Positions 1 to 15,488 of a DNA stretch of 64,000 bases are shown in pieces. This DNA comes from Chrysomallon squamiferum. Taxonomy: Eukaryota > Animalia > Mollusca. Numbering within the stretch: the first letter of the stretch is position 1; each line of letters begins with the position of its first letter. The stretch is taken from assembly GCA_012295275.1 (NCBI GenBank), contig CM022670.1, forward strand, positions 16,864,001 to 16,928,000. The letters are read 5' to 3'. Position numbers and translations under genes: made by a program. The notes under the pieces are model-generated. The model was given only the letters and a program-made list of their open reading frames with translations. It ran no database searches and was not told the DNA's origin.

Positions 1-3000
1 AAACATGAACTGTACATTTAGATTCGCTTTCAATCGTTCTATAACAAACAAAATAAAAATGTTTACAATGTTTTTTTTTTGTTTTTCAGAAGTTTAAAAA
101 AATATATATAATTTTTTTTAATATTACACAAAACTGCTTGAATCTGTAACTGGAATACACTGACATAATCATCTTAATTACGTATTTGCTGCATATGTTA
201 ACCTGTTGTTTAATTAGATATTTGTCGTATACGTTTTTGTTTTCATCACCCTGACGTTCTGCTGACACTCGATTAACGCACTCGTCAGACTGACAAAGCG
301 ACTGGAAGAGGCGAAACGTCGCTGGGTTTTGTTCGACTTACGACCGTGTCACGCGCGGTCGTGCCCGGCTGTTTGCGGGGTAGATCCGATAATCATATAC
401 TGTTGCGGATAGACGCGACTTGTTGACTGAAAAACACACAGTCTTTATTAGATGGGCCAAAGTTACTACACCGACAGCGCCACCAGAACGTCTTAAATAT
501 TTGCTTATTTCATTCAGTCTCCAAGCTGGTGGCATACGAGAGGCATTAGTTTTTCCATTGAGTGATCATTAACGAGTCACAGACATGCAGAACCAGAGGT
601 CACGGAGGCAGCTTTTTACATGAATCTTGAAAGAAATTGCTCTTTTTCTACGAGGCGGTGTTAATACAACGCGACAGACGTAAAGGAATTCGAAACAAAG
701 TCAGGTTTGCGAGAGATGCACAGCCGATAACCCGTGTTACGAAATCATTTTCACCTTTCAACTGTAGCTGTTCACAACCTTTGGAAGTGTTTAGACAGAT
801 TAATAACAATGACAAAGCGTTTTTTTTAACGTTTACGTTGAATATTTAATGTATTCAGACATGTCTAGGAATGTTTGTTGAATGAAAAAAAAAAAAAAAA
901 AAAAAAACTACAGAAAATACCTAAACAAAACAAAACACAAATCTTAAATAATGAAAAACGCTTATTATTTACAATTTTTTTTTAAAATCGGGATAATTTT
1001 ATGCAGGTCGCAAAGGTTTAAGCGATGCTGAGAAAATATGACACGTATACAATAAACAGTTTACATGATCAGACATGTGTCCTGAAACTGAGACATAAGT
1101 ACGTGTGTGTGTGTGAAAATGTTATACTCACTGAAATTTAATCACTTCTGTCAATATATTTCTATTAGAGAGACATTTTAGACCATTCTGTTTTCATGAT
1201 GTAGGATGGCACCTAACTCGACTGTATATCGTGCGTAATGCTATATGGAAGATATACATGTGTGCGTGTGTATAATATATATATTATGTGTGTGTGTGTG
1301 TGTGTTCGTAATATTTCAGGAACAGATGAAGAGGAGGACACGTACCCCCCATGAACAAATGTTACGGGTGTTCGCGTAATAATGTTAGAAATAATAAATT
1401 TAATAGTCAAATAAAATAATTCAATAAATTTCACACACAAGTCAAGATACCTCTAGTCACTTGGCCACTATTTCACGGGATTATTTTTTTTGGTTTGTGT
1501 GTTAGTGTGTTTGTGTATGTATATGTATATATTTACAATAACATATATGTTATATTGACTGTGTTTTGAAGGAGGTCACTTAATAAAGAAACTGTATGAC
1601 CACTCTGTCGGAAAAGTGGGGGGTACTGGATGTGAAATAATAATAATAAAAAAAAACAGATAGAGAAGGGCACTTTGTATATAATTAAACATGTTATAGG
1701 ACACTGTCGCTGTGTTGTGGGTGTGCTTTTGTCTTGTGTCACATGACTGTGAAAGGAATAAGAGATCTGCAAATACATTAGTTAATGAGCAAATGGCACA
1801 GGGAGTCTTTCTTGAGATCGATACGTGTTGTGTAAACAGTCGGCGGCGCCAGTCTTTCCGCGGCCTTCTATGCGAGCCATAATTCAATTGTCAGCGTGGT
1901 GAATCCAAGGGCTACCGAGTTTCACGTCCCCCGTGCTTTATCACTGCCAGCGCCGTTACCACGGGCACAACTGTGACTTTTATAAGTCGTCCTCCTTCAA
2001 CGTAAGTGATCGGGCCCCCTAGAAAAACTTTCCATGTTGGGTTCGTTTGATCGTCACCACTCCCGTGAAAACGCCTGCAAAATTAGATGGGGAAAAGTAA
2101 CGGAATTCGTGGTGTCAATGAGTTGCCAGTAAAATGGAGAATCTGCTGGTGGGAAAAAACAAAAAAAAAAAAAAAAAACACCTCCTCACGGAAATTTCGA
2201 AAAGGAAGAAAGACAAAGAGTAAAAAGTAGCATTTTTTTGTTGTTGTTATTATAATATGTGAAGAAAAATTACTGATAAATTACTGGTAGTTTAATATAA
2301 ATAACGTTTACCGGTTCAATTAAAGTGTATGAACTATAGAGTAAAAAAAAAAAAAAAAACGTTAAAAAAAAAATCTTGAACGTTCGCATATAAACAAACA
2401 TAAGACACATATACAAACATAAAAACATAAACATATACAAACATATACACACAGAAACAAATACATACAAACATACACACACACAAACATGCACTTATAT
2501 AAATATACATACACATAAACGTACACATACCAACACACACCAGACAAAAAACACACGCGCACACACACACACTCTACACATGAAGACGTAGCTATAATAA
2601 AGCAAATAAAGACGTGAAATTCTGTACGCGATTACGGGAAACTGAAAGGTAGGGCGGGGCAAGACGCCTAGTCGGGCTCAAACGCCTATCCCCCCCCCAT
2701 CAGATATCAGAGATTAAGTAACGCATCCGGTCACATGGTACATTTTATTAGCTTTGTGAAACAGAATGAATCTGCTGAGAAAACGACGAATTTGACGTTG
2801 ATGATTGGCGAGAACAGTTTCCTGAGCTTTAACAAAGAAAACTGATTGGTGTATTGTTGTCAAAATGGACAAGACATGTGGCAAAACGCGTAAAGCTTGA
2901 CAATTTGCCCGTTCAATTTAAGCTTTAATTTTCCCTATTGATTTGTCTATTGATGTTATGTATGTAACATCTTTTAGTTCAAAAGCTGTGTTGTATATTA

Positions 3001-3129
3001 TTATTATTATTATTGTTCATTGTTGTTGTTATTATTATTATTATTATTATTATAATCATCATTATCATTTTTACTGTTGTTATTTTCATCATTATCATTT
3101 TTACTGTTGTTGTTTTTTTTTTGTTGTTG

Positions 3130-3167
<38 letters not shown>

Positions 3168-3357
3168 TTTATTACTATCAGTTTTATTATTATTATTAAC
3201 AGTGGTACTGACCATATCGACAAATAAACAACGTTATATATCAGCGATTCTTTTTAAGAATTAGCAAATGAGGTAGATATTGATCAAAGTTTAACTAAAT
3301 TAATCTTCCTTTAGTGATTCAGATACCACCAGAATGCCATTTTCTTCTAGTTTTTGT

Positions 3358-3412
<55 letters not shown>

Positions 3413-3979
3413 TTAAATTTGCAAACAGCCTTTTGCCAGAAGGTAAAAAGGGGGGAAATAACAGCACTGTTTAACAAACATCTTTATAGTGTTTTAAAAT
3501 AAGTAAAAAATAAAAATAAAAATAAAAAATAAAATTTAGCTAATTCTAGATTAGGTTCTGACTCTAAAACAAGATGATGAAAAATATCAAACTAATTCAT
3601 AAAAAATTTAAATGAAGATTCGTATATGAAGAAAATAATTTGAGTATCAAACACAGATCAGATTATTGATCATTCTTTAAAAGCTAATTCTATAAGCTAT
3701 GATACGTCGATGATGTTATTTTCATTTTAGTTTGCAAATTTGTTACTGTAACAATGTTATGTATGCAACGTAATAGTTTTTCTTATTCAGGTATATTTGT
3801 TGTACTGATAATTAATATTATTATAAATATTACAACTGATATTCTAATAAATATTACAAGTAATATTATAATTAACATTCTAATAAATTTACCAGGTTTC
3901 GATAGAATTTAAATTTTTATATTTCTACGATTTAAATTTTAAACACTTTTTATTTTTTTTACTCTTATTATTTTTTCAT

Positions 3980-4018
<39 letters not shown>

Positions 4019-4051
4019 TTTGTTTATTTGTGTTATATATATATTTTATTT

Positions 4052-4053
<2 letters not shown>

Positions 4054-4110
<57 letters not shown>
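4054..4110. repeat. Poly(T) tract
   Basis: About 57 consecutive T. Confidence 0.95.
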
Positions 4111-4111
<1 letters not shown>

Positions 4112-5390
4112 GAGTGTGGGTCAGAGATAACCCGACTTCACAAAACAAAGCACAAACAACAATTTAAAAAAAAACAAGATTAAGAACGAAAGAAAGAACA
4201 ATCTACAAGAACCCTTGATACAGGTGATGATCCCGATTTGATCTAACTAATACTTTTAAAAATACGTAAATTTACCTCCTAATATTGAAAGTTTAACAAG
4301 AGCACTGAAGTAATGTTCTCTCTTAAATTACTTAAATTTTAAAAAAATATAAAACAGTTTTCAAAAATTGTTTAAAGAAGATTAGAATCGTCAAAACATC
4401 CTGTAGGATGCTAAAAAATATAAAATAAATGTCAAATTTTCAACAACAAAAAAAAAAAAAAAAAAAAAAGAAAGAAAAAAAAAAAGGGCCTAATGCAAAG
4501 AAATGCGAGAAAGGAAGACGTGTTAAATATGTAAAAACAGATGAAATAAACTTTTTTTTAATTCAAATTAAATATAAATCAGCCACATTAATTAAATTCG
4601 GTGGCCTAAATGAGGCCTCCTGTCAGAACTGTGTTTTTTACATGAACTGACAGGAATTATCGTTCAGTGCTGATTAAACACAGTTTAGTTAGTGGTTGCT
4701 GTGACGTGAAAGACCTCACGATGGTTTTTATTAACTTCTGCTTTGAAAATGACCTTACCGCAACCTGCTACTGGAAACAGTGATCTTTAAAACGAAGTTA
4801 ACAAAGATTATTTCAAATTTATAACAATTTAATTTTAATTTCACTCTGGTTTGATACGACCTCTCCCCTAACATGGATGTCTATAAGATTTCATAAATAC
4901 GATTATTTCAATAAAAAAAAGGATTTATCTATCAAAAATGTCTGTAAACTGAATAAACATTAATTCCTTTTTTTTATATACAGTAATATACATAAAATAT
5001 ATCTATCTATCTGTCTATCTAACTATATATATTTTGACAAAATCTCTCTACTGATGAAAATATTTCCGTGATTTTAATACCCTAATCGGGACTAAGTGAG
5101 AATTTGCAGTTAAATAGTTTCACAGAAGAAACAAATTAATTTAGTTTTATTTTTTTCCAATGAAAGTTACGGCCGATTTTAAACCAATTCGATCCACTAC
5201 TCCCAGTTTTGCTCCTCGCCCAGTTTACTGTTTCGGCGTCTAACAGAATCTTACCAGCGTCCAAACCCGTGTCCTGTAGCCAACCTTTGGTCTCACTTTG
5301 GTTCGTTTCAAAATTCTTCATACAGTACGCTGCAGTTACTTCAACTGTTTTTTTTTTTTTTTTTTTTTTTTTTTGGTTTTTCTTCTTCTT

Positions 5391-5486
<96 letters not shown>

Positions 5487-5503
5487 TTACTATTACTACT
5501 ACT
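5391..5503. repeat. (TAC)n microsatellite
   Basis: Directly visible; generates poly-Y/L/S/V ORFs. Confidence 0.95.
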
Positions 5504-6496
5504 GGTACTACCAAGACCACCACTGCAACCACTACTACTACCACTTCTGCTTCTACTACTACTAAAGAAATAAAGAAACACACAGGGCATAATTTGCAGT
5601 TGCTGTTTTTTTCTTAGGCTAGGTACAAAGAATAAACGTTAAATTTGACGCATGCTTGGAATCATATCCGAGTTACTTGAATGCCGAGTTGTAGGAATGC
5701 ACGTATTCATGTATATGTGTGTCCATGTGTGTGTGCATTGTTATGTTTGTGTGAGTACATGTATATATCGAACATTTTTGACATCTTGGTACCAAATTTG
5801 TGACATTTTCCAAAACCTTCGATCAACATTTCTAAAAGTAGGTCGAGACAAGAATTTCTTAAAACACACATTATGTTGGTAGAATAATTATTACATATGA
5901 TATTACAATAATATATTCGATATTATGCACTCCATTTCATCGCTTGTATATTACTGCTGGCATTTCAAGACATTTGTCCAGCAAAGTTGGGATCGGAGAT
6001 GGTTCGGATTTCTGGATATTTACTAAAAATGTAAACTAAACAATGAAAAATAATGAATAAAACTGATTTCAACAGGTACAAATTAAAAAACTTCAAAACC
6101 AGGGTTTGTTTGATCTTTATTAATTCACTTTTAAAATGATTTGAATACGTTTACTGAAAACGCTTTTCACTAGCAAGTTTGTTATCTATTAGACCTTTAG
6201 ACATTGTAATAAACGAAAATGAGAGTAAAATAAATAACAGGTTGTTGTGAGAGGATCAGCTGTACACAGTCAACATTCTCACTTGAAGTGGAGTCAAGGG
6301 AAGTAAAACAAAGCTCTGCGTAATTCAAACTAGCCGGCTTATAAAAAGAAAAAGAAAACAGGCATTTTGGATTTTTCGTGCTTGTGGAAGCAGGATGAAA
6401 GGTTTGGTACCTGTGTATCTTCCAGATCGTTCGTTAAGTGGAATTATTTTATAGATGGCAAAGTTTTACGAATTTGTGTGAACCAAGCTTTAACAG

Positions 6497-6531
<35 letters not shown>

Positions 6532-7348
6532 TTTCCTAAATTCCGTGTCCAGTTTTTTGTTGTCGTTTTTAACTTTACGATAATATTAAACTTTAATTGC
6601 AGTTCAGAATCCACTGATCCAGAGAATTCCAATTTACTTTTGATACAGTTACATTAAGTCGGAAACTGACCATTTCGAAAACTTTTTATTTTTTTAATTG
6701 TCTTTCTATCTTCGTGTGTCTGTGTGGGTCTGTGTGGGTCTGTGTGGATCTGTGTGTGACTGTGATTTTGGTTTTTCCTACAGCCAACAAAATCAAAATT
6801 ATGCCACCTCATATATCTGAGATTTCTTTTAGAAATCGTTGATATAAATAATAAAACAATATAATTAACATATGATTTTTATTTTAGGCTTATGACTCAG
6901 AAATAAACCTGTCATTAAACACGTTTAGTGTTTCGACAGAATCTTGAATGACGTTAAAGAGTTATATGTCAGACTGATAAAATGTTGGTCCAATACGAAT
7001 GTTTTTCTATATGATTCGCAGCAACGAGAAATCGTTATACAGGATCAGGTTAAAACAAATGAATATGTGTAATCTCATTAAAAGAAAATGAGGTTCAATA
7101 ACGTATTTAATACTGAATACTTTAGTTATAATATTCAGTTGATCTGACTGATGTTGTTTATAATTCGTTACACATTTAACTCTACATCTCTCAAAAGGAG
7201 AATTACAAAATGAAAGACAGATAAAACGTTCGTGTGTAATGTCAGATTGGTTATTACCGTTTAATATGAAATATTTGGGCAAATATTATTTTTCTCTAAC
7301 TTATACGAGAATACTGTCTTTACATGACGTTTTTTTAAATATTTAAAC

Positions 7349-7385
<37 letters not shown>

Positions 7386-8333
7386 ATAAATAATAAAAAA
7401 AAATAATAATAATAATAATAATAATAACAAAAATAAAAAATCTTATAATAAATAAAAAAAATAAATAAATAAACTAAAAAAAGTATTAATTCATTCAAAA
7501 TCAATACAGGATTGTTATTAAATTTAATAAATCACATGTGAAGCTCGTTTTATCCACTGATAAAGTTTAAATCAAAGCTATTATTATTGTTTATTGCTCT
7601 GAAAAAATAATTATACGTGTTCGCTGTTTTATTATTGTAATTAATTTTGCTATTTCATAACTGAAAAAAGTTTAATAAGAAGATATTTTATTGTGATTTT
7701 GTTTGTTTAATAATTAAATATGTCTGCACATTTGGCTTGTGGTACTGGAGGATATTCTTGTGAGGAAATAAAGAAGAAAATTACACAAGGGTTTGTTTGA
7801 TTTCTTATTTAAAATCATATTTCACATTTCTTCTAATACATAAGTCTTATCATTTAGACATTTTTTTTTTCTTATGTCGATTCATTCCTCTTTTTTTTTA
7901 AAAAACATTTTTTTTTTTCCAATTGAAAATTCATCATATTCTTTGGTAAAGCACTTTATTATACAAATCTGAAGACATCCAATTTATTTCTAGCCCACAG
8001 TAATGGAGTACATGTGTAGCACAATCAGCAAAGATTCAATTTTGTAAAAGTAATAAATACTACTATGATGGATTTGTTACAAGATTGAATATCTGGCAGA
8101 AACCATTTTAGGTATATCCAGTGGATACGCGACAATTGTTTGTTTTCCGTTTTTTCATTCTTACGTCTAATAAATAACAGAAGAAATGCTTTAATTAATA
8201 TTTTTTCCCGCGTCTTAGTCATGTGATACGAGACAGTGTGCTACATTTTTTTGTGTGAATTCAATTAAAATTGTAAGATAATACAGTAAAGTGTTGTGGT
8301 GCATGCACTGACATTTTTCCTACAAACTTTACT

Positions 8334-8369
<36 letters not shown>

Positions 8370-8659
8370 GATTATTCTTTCTGTTTTTTCTTTTTTAAGG
8401 AAAGATAATTCCGTAGTCCCACGTGTCTTCAATGCTAATCCTGAATACAGACACACAGTTTTAGTATTTACTGAAAACACTGCTCATCTGTTTAGTATTT
8501 ATTTGTTTACAAATATCCTCTATGCTAAGTGCATTCTAACGTTATCCGATGAATTAAAAAATAAAATAAAAATATTAAAAAAAAAAAAATATTTTAGAGT
8601 CCTTTAATTGTTACATTCCTTAAGGATAAATCTCTCACCAATTTGAACATAATCAAGAA

Positions 8660-9115
8660 TTGTTTGGTTTCATTTTGTTATTATTTTTGTCACCATTGTT
8701 GCGTTTTATTTTGTTATTTTGTTATCGTCATTATGTGTTATTTTTTATTTTGTTATTATTTTTTTATTTTATTATCATATTATGGTTTATTTTTTTTGTT
8801 TTTATTTTATTATCATCATTATCTGGTTTTATTTTATTATTTTATTATCATCATTGTTTGGTTTTATTTTGTTATTTTATTATCATTATTATTGGTTTTA
8901 TTTTTTATTTTATTATCATCATTGTTCATTTTAGTTTGTTATTTTATTTTTAGTTTGTTTTTTTTTATTATCATCATTAATTTAGTTTATTTTGTTATTT
9001 ATTATCATCTTAATCTGGTTTTACTTTGTTATTTTATTATCATCATTATTTGGTTTTATTTTGTTATCATCCTTATCTGGGTTCTTTTTGTTATTTTATT
9101 ATCGTTATTATTTTG
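8660..9115. repeat. Degenerate AT-rich minisatellite (TTTTATTTTGTTATTTTATTATCATCATT-like units)
   Basis: Recurrent motif of about 30-35 bp, and the source of the hydrophobic junk ORFs at 8643-9116. Confidence 0.7.
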
Positions 9116-10440
9116 ACACTCTGTTGAAAATACTGCTAGTATATTTATTATTATTATTTCATGAGTGATGAATGTTAAGAAAAATAAGCTGATAATTTTT
9201 AACATGTTCATCCCACAAAGTCGAATGGGGTGATCAATTTTTTTTTTTTTTATTATTATTATTTTTTTCACATAGCACGAAGTCAAGTTAATAATCTACA
9301 AGAAGAGATGTCATCTGCTATGTTGTTAATTTTAAAACAGAACAAGATCATGTTGTTGAAATGTCCATTTTGTTTATTAAAGCTTCCAATGATAAATTAC
9401 GTAGTACAAATGTTACTGAGATAAAATACAAAACCAGAAAGCCTGGACAAGCTTCTCAGAGACTGGTGTTTTCAACATATACATAAAATATCAGTTATCT
9501 CTCGAAAATCGATATAAATAAATTTTATATATGCGACCGTCTGAGTGGCTGTCTCTCTGTTTATCAATATATCTGTCAGGTTTTTGTTGTTGTTATTTTT
9601 TGTTATTTTATTTTTATTATTATTGTTACTTTTATCTGTTGATCATTTTAACAGTTATTCCGTCTATCTGTCTGTCTGTAGATATAACACAGATTTGTCC
9701 AACCTTGCTAAATCTGTTCATTTTTTATATTTTTTTATTTTTTATATTTTTTAAATTATTTTTTGAAACAAGAAGAACAGTTCTTTAGCGGTTGTAGATT
9801 CTTTCAAACGACATCGACTGTTAAACTTAATTCAAGTTATTATTTTCTGTGACTGTGTTTTTAGATGTGCCGCATGTAGTTTATTAAACCACAGTAACGT
9901 TTAACAATAACATGACATTTTCACAGTAATTCCGATGTCACAGTAATACCAGTAGATGTACGAATGTTTCTTCAGTGACCCTTAAAACTAAACTTAGGCA
10001 AGATCTCAGTATACATACATATTCAACAGTATCAAACTAACATTATTATTTAACACAGTATTCTGGTATATTTGGTCATTCTAACGGTAAACGTGACTTT
10101 ATACATCTTTTAAACATTTGTAATGAACTACAGACGTCTAGTTATACAGACATCAAGTCCTATTAAACCCTAAATCTCAATAAAAATATACATTTAAATT
10201 AACTTTTTTTAAAACATATATATATTTTGAAAGATCAGCAGATACTGCTTTTGCCATATAATAATCGGTTTGCTTTAAATTAAAGCTTTGAAAATGTTTT
10301 TAATTATAATTTTATTTTAATATCTGATGATTAAATAATGAAATTGCAGTTTTGAGTTAAGTATTAATAAAACTAATTGTGAGTTTATCACAATATTTTA
10401 TCTTGATAAATATTTAAATATACACTCACACACATACATA

Positions 10441-10477
10441 TATATTAAACACACATACACACACTTACAAATACACA

Positions 10478-10517
<40 letters not shown>

Positions 10518-10572
10518 TAATTATGTGTATTTGTACGTGTGTGTGTCTGTGTGTGAATGTGTGTTTAATATA
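10441..10572. repeat. Short inverted repeat around a (TA)n tract
   Basis: TATATTAAACACACAT / ATGTGTGTTTAATATA and TACAAATACACATAATTA / TAATTATGTGTATTTGTA are exact reverse complements. Confidence 0.75.
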
Positions 10573-10947
10573 GATAGATAGATAGACAAACAGACAGACA
10601 GACAGACAGATAGATAAATAGACAAATATAAATATATATTATTTCCATTCCACGAATTCAACACAAATTATATACTAAATATATAAAACATTAATTATCA
10701 TCATTATTTTTCAAGTTGTTGCTGGCAATAAATAAATAAATTTGTTTTGTTGCATGTTGTTTCTTAAAATTTCTGTGTTATATTTAATAAAAATAGTGAT
10801 AAAAACACAGTTCGGAAATTTGATTTTGATTAAATAACAGGTTTAATTTTGATAAGAATTAATGCTAATGAACAAACAATTCTATGGTGAAAGTAGCGAT
10901 AGGAACTAAAGTAACAAAAACGATGTTGATTGTGAGCTTGATAATAA

Positions 10948-10998
<51 letters not shown>

Positions 10999-11503
10999 GC
11001 TGAACACAGCTATGTATTAAGTATTTAACAAAAACAAATATCTGTTATTCGACATGTATAAACATACATATATACATATATACATACTTATGCATTAAAT
11101 ATATTTAACGAAATATATGCTAAACTTAAAAAGATAGACTTTTTAAAATGTAATTTGGAAAAGAGTGGAAACGTTAACAAAAGGAAAAATTTTAAAAATA
11201 AAAAAAAAAAAAAAAAAAAAAAAGAAAGAAATATTATATTTAAAAATATCAAATGAAGTCGACACAAAGATACTGATTATTTATGTTATGTTTGTTATCA
11301 CTTGAAGTCACGTAACAAAACGAATGCGTTCTTTAGCCACTGATTTTCCAGGCTGTTTCTAGCGCGTTTCTGCTGGCGTCTATAAATTTGGATTAAAAAA
11401 AAAATGTGATACAGTTGTGTTATGCAACATGGAGTAAACGGCTGTTTAACAATACAGAAGCCTGTAACCACATTTTCTGTCATTGTTTGCTTGTTGTTGT
11501 GTT

Positions 11504-11535
<32 letters not shown>

Positions 11536-12254
11536 AAAGTGTTGTTAAAAAAGACTGCACTTACAAACAATTTTTAACCTCATAAACAAAAATAAAACTG
11601 CATTCTGGAATCGAATTTCTCTGCAGAACTCCAACTGTTGCTTATAGACGACAATGGAGCCGTCGACATAAATATTTACTTGTATTATATACGTTAATAG
11701 ACATATATTCTTTTACTTTGTTAACATCCATCAAATGTTTCTTTAAACAGTAAACTGATATTAATGGCGCGGTCTTTTCGTTCAAACCAGATTAACGGAC
11801 TTTGTTGTAAGCATATGCTTGCTTTTTTAGGGGGACGGAAAAACTTTGAGTAATGACAAAGCGAATGTAACAGGTGCAAGGGGAAAACGTTAAACCAATT
11901 GCGAAATGTACGTGCAAGGACGTGACAGGTATGCGTGTCACAGTGAACACTTTATCTACACGTCCGCGATTGTTTCATGTACAAAAGTCACAAACGTAAA
12001 AACAATACTTTTTTCAATTTGTTTTTAATTTTTTTAATTTTTAATTTTTATTACTTTTTTTTATTATTATTAGTTTTAGGAAGAAGGGAAAAAATAGAAA
12101 AGAAAAGAAAGATGGACATTTTTCAGGCTTTGTGAATATTGTATTGTATATTATTATTGTTTTTTGTTTATTTATTATTTTACTTTTTTTTAATGAGAGT
12201 TTTAAAAGGATGCCGACAAAATAAAACAAAATCGTTTTGTTTGTGCACACACAC

Positions 12255-12335
<81 letters not shown>

Positions 12336-14339
12336 CACACACATACACATATATATATATATACATATATCCATACTTAATCACTAAAATGTTTTAAATC
12401 CATTACAAATACTTTACATCACAAAACAGATTTTCTGGGTCGTATTTGATATCTCTGAGAATATGAGTAAGGATAAATAAAGAGAAATGGAAATTAATAC
12501 TTCTATGCCCGACATCAATATTATGAAACATGTTGATACATAAATATAATAATAAAAATTCGATTTAAAACTGTTTGTAATTATATTCATACACAGTTTG
12601 AAATATTTGTTAACATTTCAAAATGTATAAATAAAATCATTTAAAACACTCTATTTTCTGTAACAGTTTTTCAAACAGAGGATGCACACTGTAGCATTGT
12701 TCAAGTCCTTCGTGGGGTTTTTTGTTTGTTTGTTTTGTTTTATGAATCGACTACAGTTAACATAAAATATTAATAACTACATGTAAACGGGTCTTTTTTT
12801 TTCGATTCTCACTACAATTATATTCTGTCTGTTCATTAATAATCACGTAAAACATACCATTAGACGACATATCAAGTACCCTTTTTTCCAATATCGATTT
12901 ATAAATGGACGTTTTTAGCACAAGAAACAGTGTTTGCTACTTCAGACAATAACACAAAACATTTAAATATGTTTGTACATGTGTGAAAAAGCTTTAACAA
13001 TGAGCACCACGGCGGACAGTCACGGAAACTGATGATACCATCAGTAAACTGAGTTAATGTGTGTCGTCAGCTTTCCCCTTTATCCGTGCCTCTTTTGTGA
13101 GCCGGTCAGAAAGATACGTTCACCTTACGTGCGCGCGTAAACAGGACGTAATCAGGTTCACGACGTTTCTTACTACTTCTTTTTATTTTTATTTTTTTTT
13201 TTTTTTTACTTCCTAACTACGGGGTAAACAACAACAACAAGAAAAAAATAATGTCACAGTTTATTAAATAACAGTCGAAGTATTCTTCTTTTCCATGTCT
13301 ATTTTTTTTTTTTTTTTTTTTCTGAATAATAGATGTAAATTAAAGATTTAGCGTGTTTTGAAGGGATTTTTTTATTATTATTGTTAAAATCATGACCACA
13401 CTTGCTTAAACGCGATTTTGTTCGCATGAATTATATTTGATTTACGATTCTACTTTTGCTTGAAACAGTCAAAGGCTGGTCGTGTATACGTGTCTGACCA
13501 CTTACTCCGCCAGAGGAGATATCACGTTCACTAGATACACTGTTCCCAAAGCCCAAACCGACTCGAGTTTATTGCTGTCTCTCTACGTGGGGCCGGCTAT
13601 TATTCTCCGATACGCTTATCTCTCCTCTTTTGTACCCGGCTTTCTTTAGTCATATTCTCTTTTCAGAGTCGTGTATTCCACTTGAATTATCTTCCAGTTC
13701 TTCCTAATTGCATTCCACGTATCAACAATGTTATCGCATAAGCTACTCGCACAGGGGCTGAATCTTAACTGTCCCAAAGTAACAATTATTTTACAACGAG
13801 CTCCCACTGCTTAATGTATCTCCGTCTTCTCTGTCTCCTTCACAGCTCCGCGGGCAGCTCGCATACATATTCACCCAGGACTTTTATAGCATATGTACGG
13901 ACAGTTTTTAGTCACTGTCACCAAATGAAATGACAGTCTAATATTCATAAATAAAGAACGCTTCATCAAATGATAAATACCTCGACATATTTTTTTTTTT
14001 TTTAGCTACGAACATAAACATGTTAATCCTGATGCACATAGCACTTAATAAAGTGACAGCGGTAGGCTGAAATGTGACCTTTTTTTTTTTTTTACTGGTT
14101 GAAGAACTACGGGGTAAATAAATAAAACTAATAAAATAATAAAATAAATAAATAAAAGCAAAACAATGCAAAATATTTATACATGGGCGTGCGTGTGCGC
14201 ACGCACACACATACACAAACACACACACATATACACACATAAATAAAATAAATATTAATTGCCTGGATCTACAGTATAAGATGGTTTTAATAATAAATTG
14301 AATTATACTAAATGAAGAATGTGCACGCAGGATAGAAAT

Positions 14340-14870
14340 GTGAGTGGATAAACGTGAAGTGAGTGAAGAAAAGTGAACTCAGTGAAGAAACGTGAAGTGA
14401 GTGAAAAAAGTGCACTCAGTTAAGAAACGTGAAATCAGTGAATAAACGTGAAGTGAGTGAAGGAACGTGAAATCAGTGAATAAACGTGAAGTGAGTGAAG
14501 GAACGTGAAATCAGTGAAAAACGTGAAGTGAGTGAAGGAACGTGAAATCAGTGGATAAACGTGAAGTGAGTGAAGGAACGTGAAATCAGTGAATAAACGT
14601 GAAGTGAGTGAAGGAACGTGAAATCAGTGAATAAACGTGAAGTGAGTGAAGGAACGTGAAATCAGTAAAAAGTGAATGAAAACGTGAAAGTGAAGAAAGG
14701 AACAGTGAAAATGAAGTGGAAAAACGTGAAGTGAGTGAAGGAACGTGAAATCAGTGGATAAACGTGAAGTGAGTGAAGGAACGTGAAATCAGTGAATAAA
14801 CGTGCACTCAGTGAAGAAATGCGCATTCAGTAAAGAAAAGTGCACCCAGTAAGGAAAAGTGCACTCAGGG
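14340..14870. repeat. Minisatellite of alternating ~19-bp units (38-bp dimer)
   Basis: AACGTGAAGTGAGTGAAGG and AACGTGAAATCAGTGAATA alternate, with degenerate ends. Confidence 0.9.
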
Positions 14871-15308
14871 AAAAAAACCCACTTCATTAATCAATGGTAG
14901 GGTAAAATAATCCAAACAATCATACTGAGCAACAAGCTTCCACGAAAAGTAAATATTTAAAATAGATTTGTATATGACTTAGTTTTTTTATTTCTTTTCT
15001 CTCTCTCTCTCGTTTTTTCTAAATTAATAATAATAAGGATAATAATAACAACAACAACAACAACAACAACAAGAACAAGAAGAAGAACTATAATAGTAAT
15101 AGTAAGAAGAAAAGAAGAAGAAAATGAAATACTGTTCCTACTGCTAGTATTAATGTTTAATGAAATGAAGACATATAGCCGAGTTCACTCATCAGTAACT
15201 TGTTAAATTTTATCTTTCCATAATGTTAATTTATAACAAGCAGAAAAAATCCTACTAAAAGAAATATATATATTAATAATAATAATAATAATAATAAAAT
15301 ATTAAAAA

Positions 15309-15344
<36 letters not shown>

Positions 15345-15456
15345 TTTTATTTATTTGTTTCAATTTTGATATTTTTCAAAATTTTATTTTGATTATTATT
15401 ATTAATTTACTTCTTATTTCTATTTATTTTTATTTATTTTATTTATTTAATATTTA

Positions 15457-15488
<32 letters not shown>

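Noticed and set aside
338-535. Minus-strand 65-aa ORF ending near a GTAAGT donor-like site
   Set aside because: No recognisable domain. It could be a non-coding first exon of a gene left of the window, but this cannot be supported here.
5136-5340. Possible minus-strand exon (MKNFETNQSETKGWLQDTGLDAG with a GTAAGA donor)
   Set aside because: No polypyrimidine acceptor, no recognisable motif and no partner exons identified.
2943-5590. Poly-I/Y/L/N/S ORFs here and throughout the window
   Set aside because: Translations of trinucleotide and dinucleotide microsatellites.
13001-13025. REST/RE1-like GAGCACC...GGACAG
   Set aside because: Non-canonical spacing, an imperfect left half-site, and uncertain presence of REST in this lineage.
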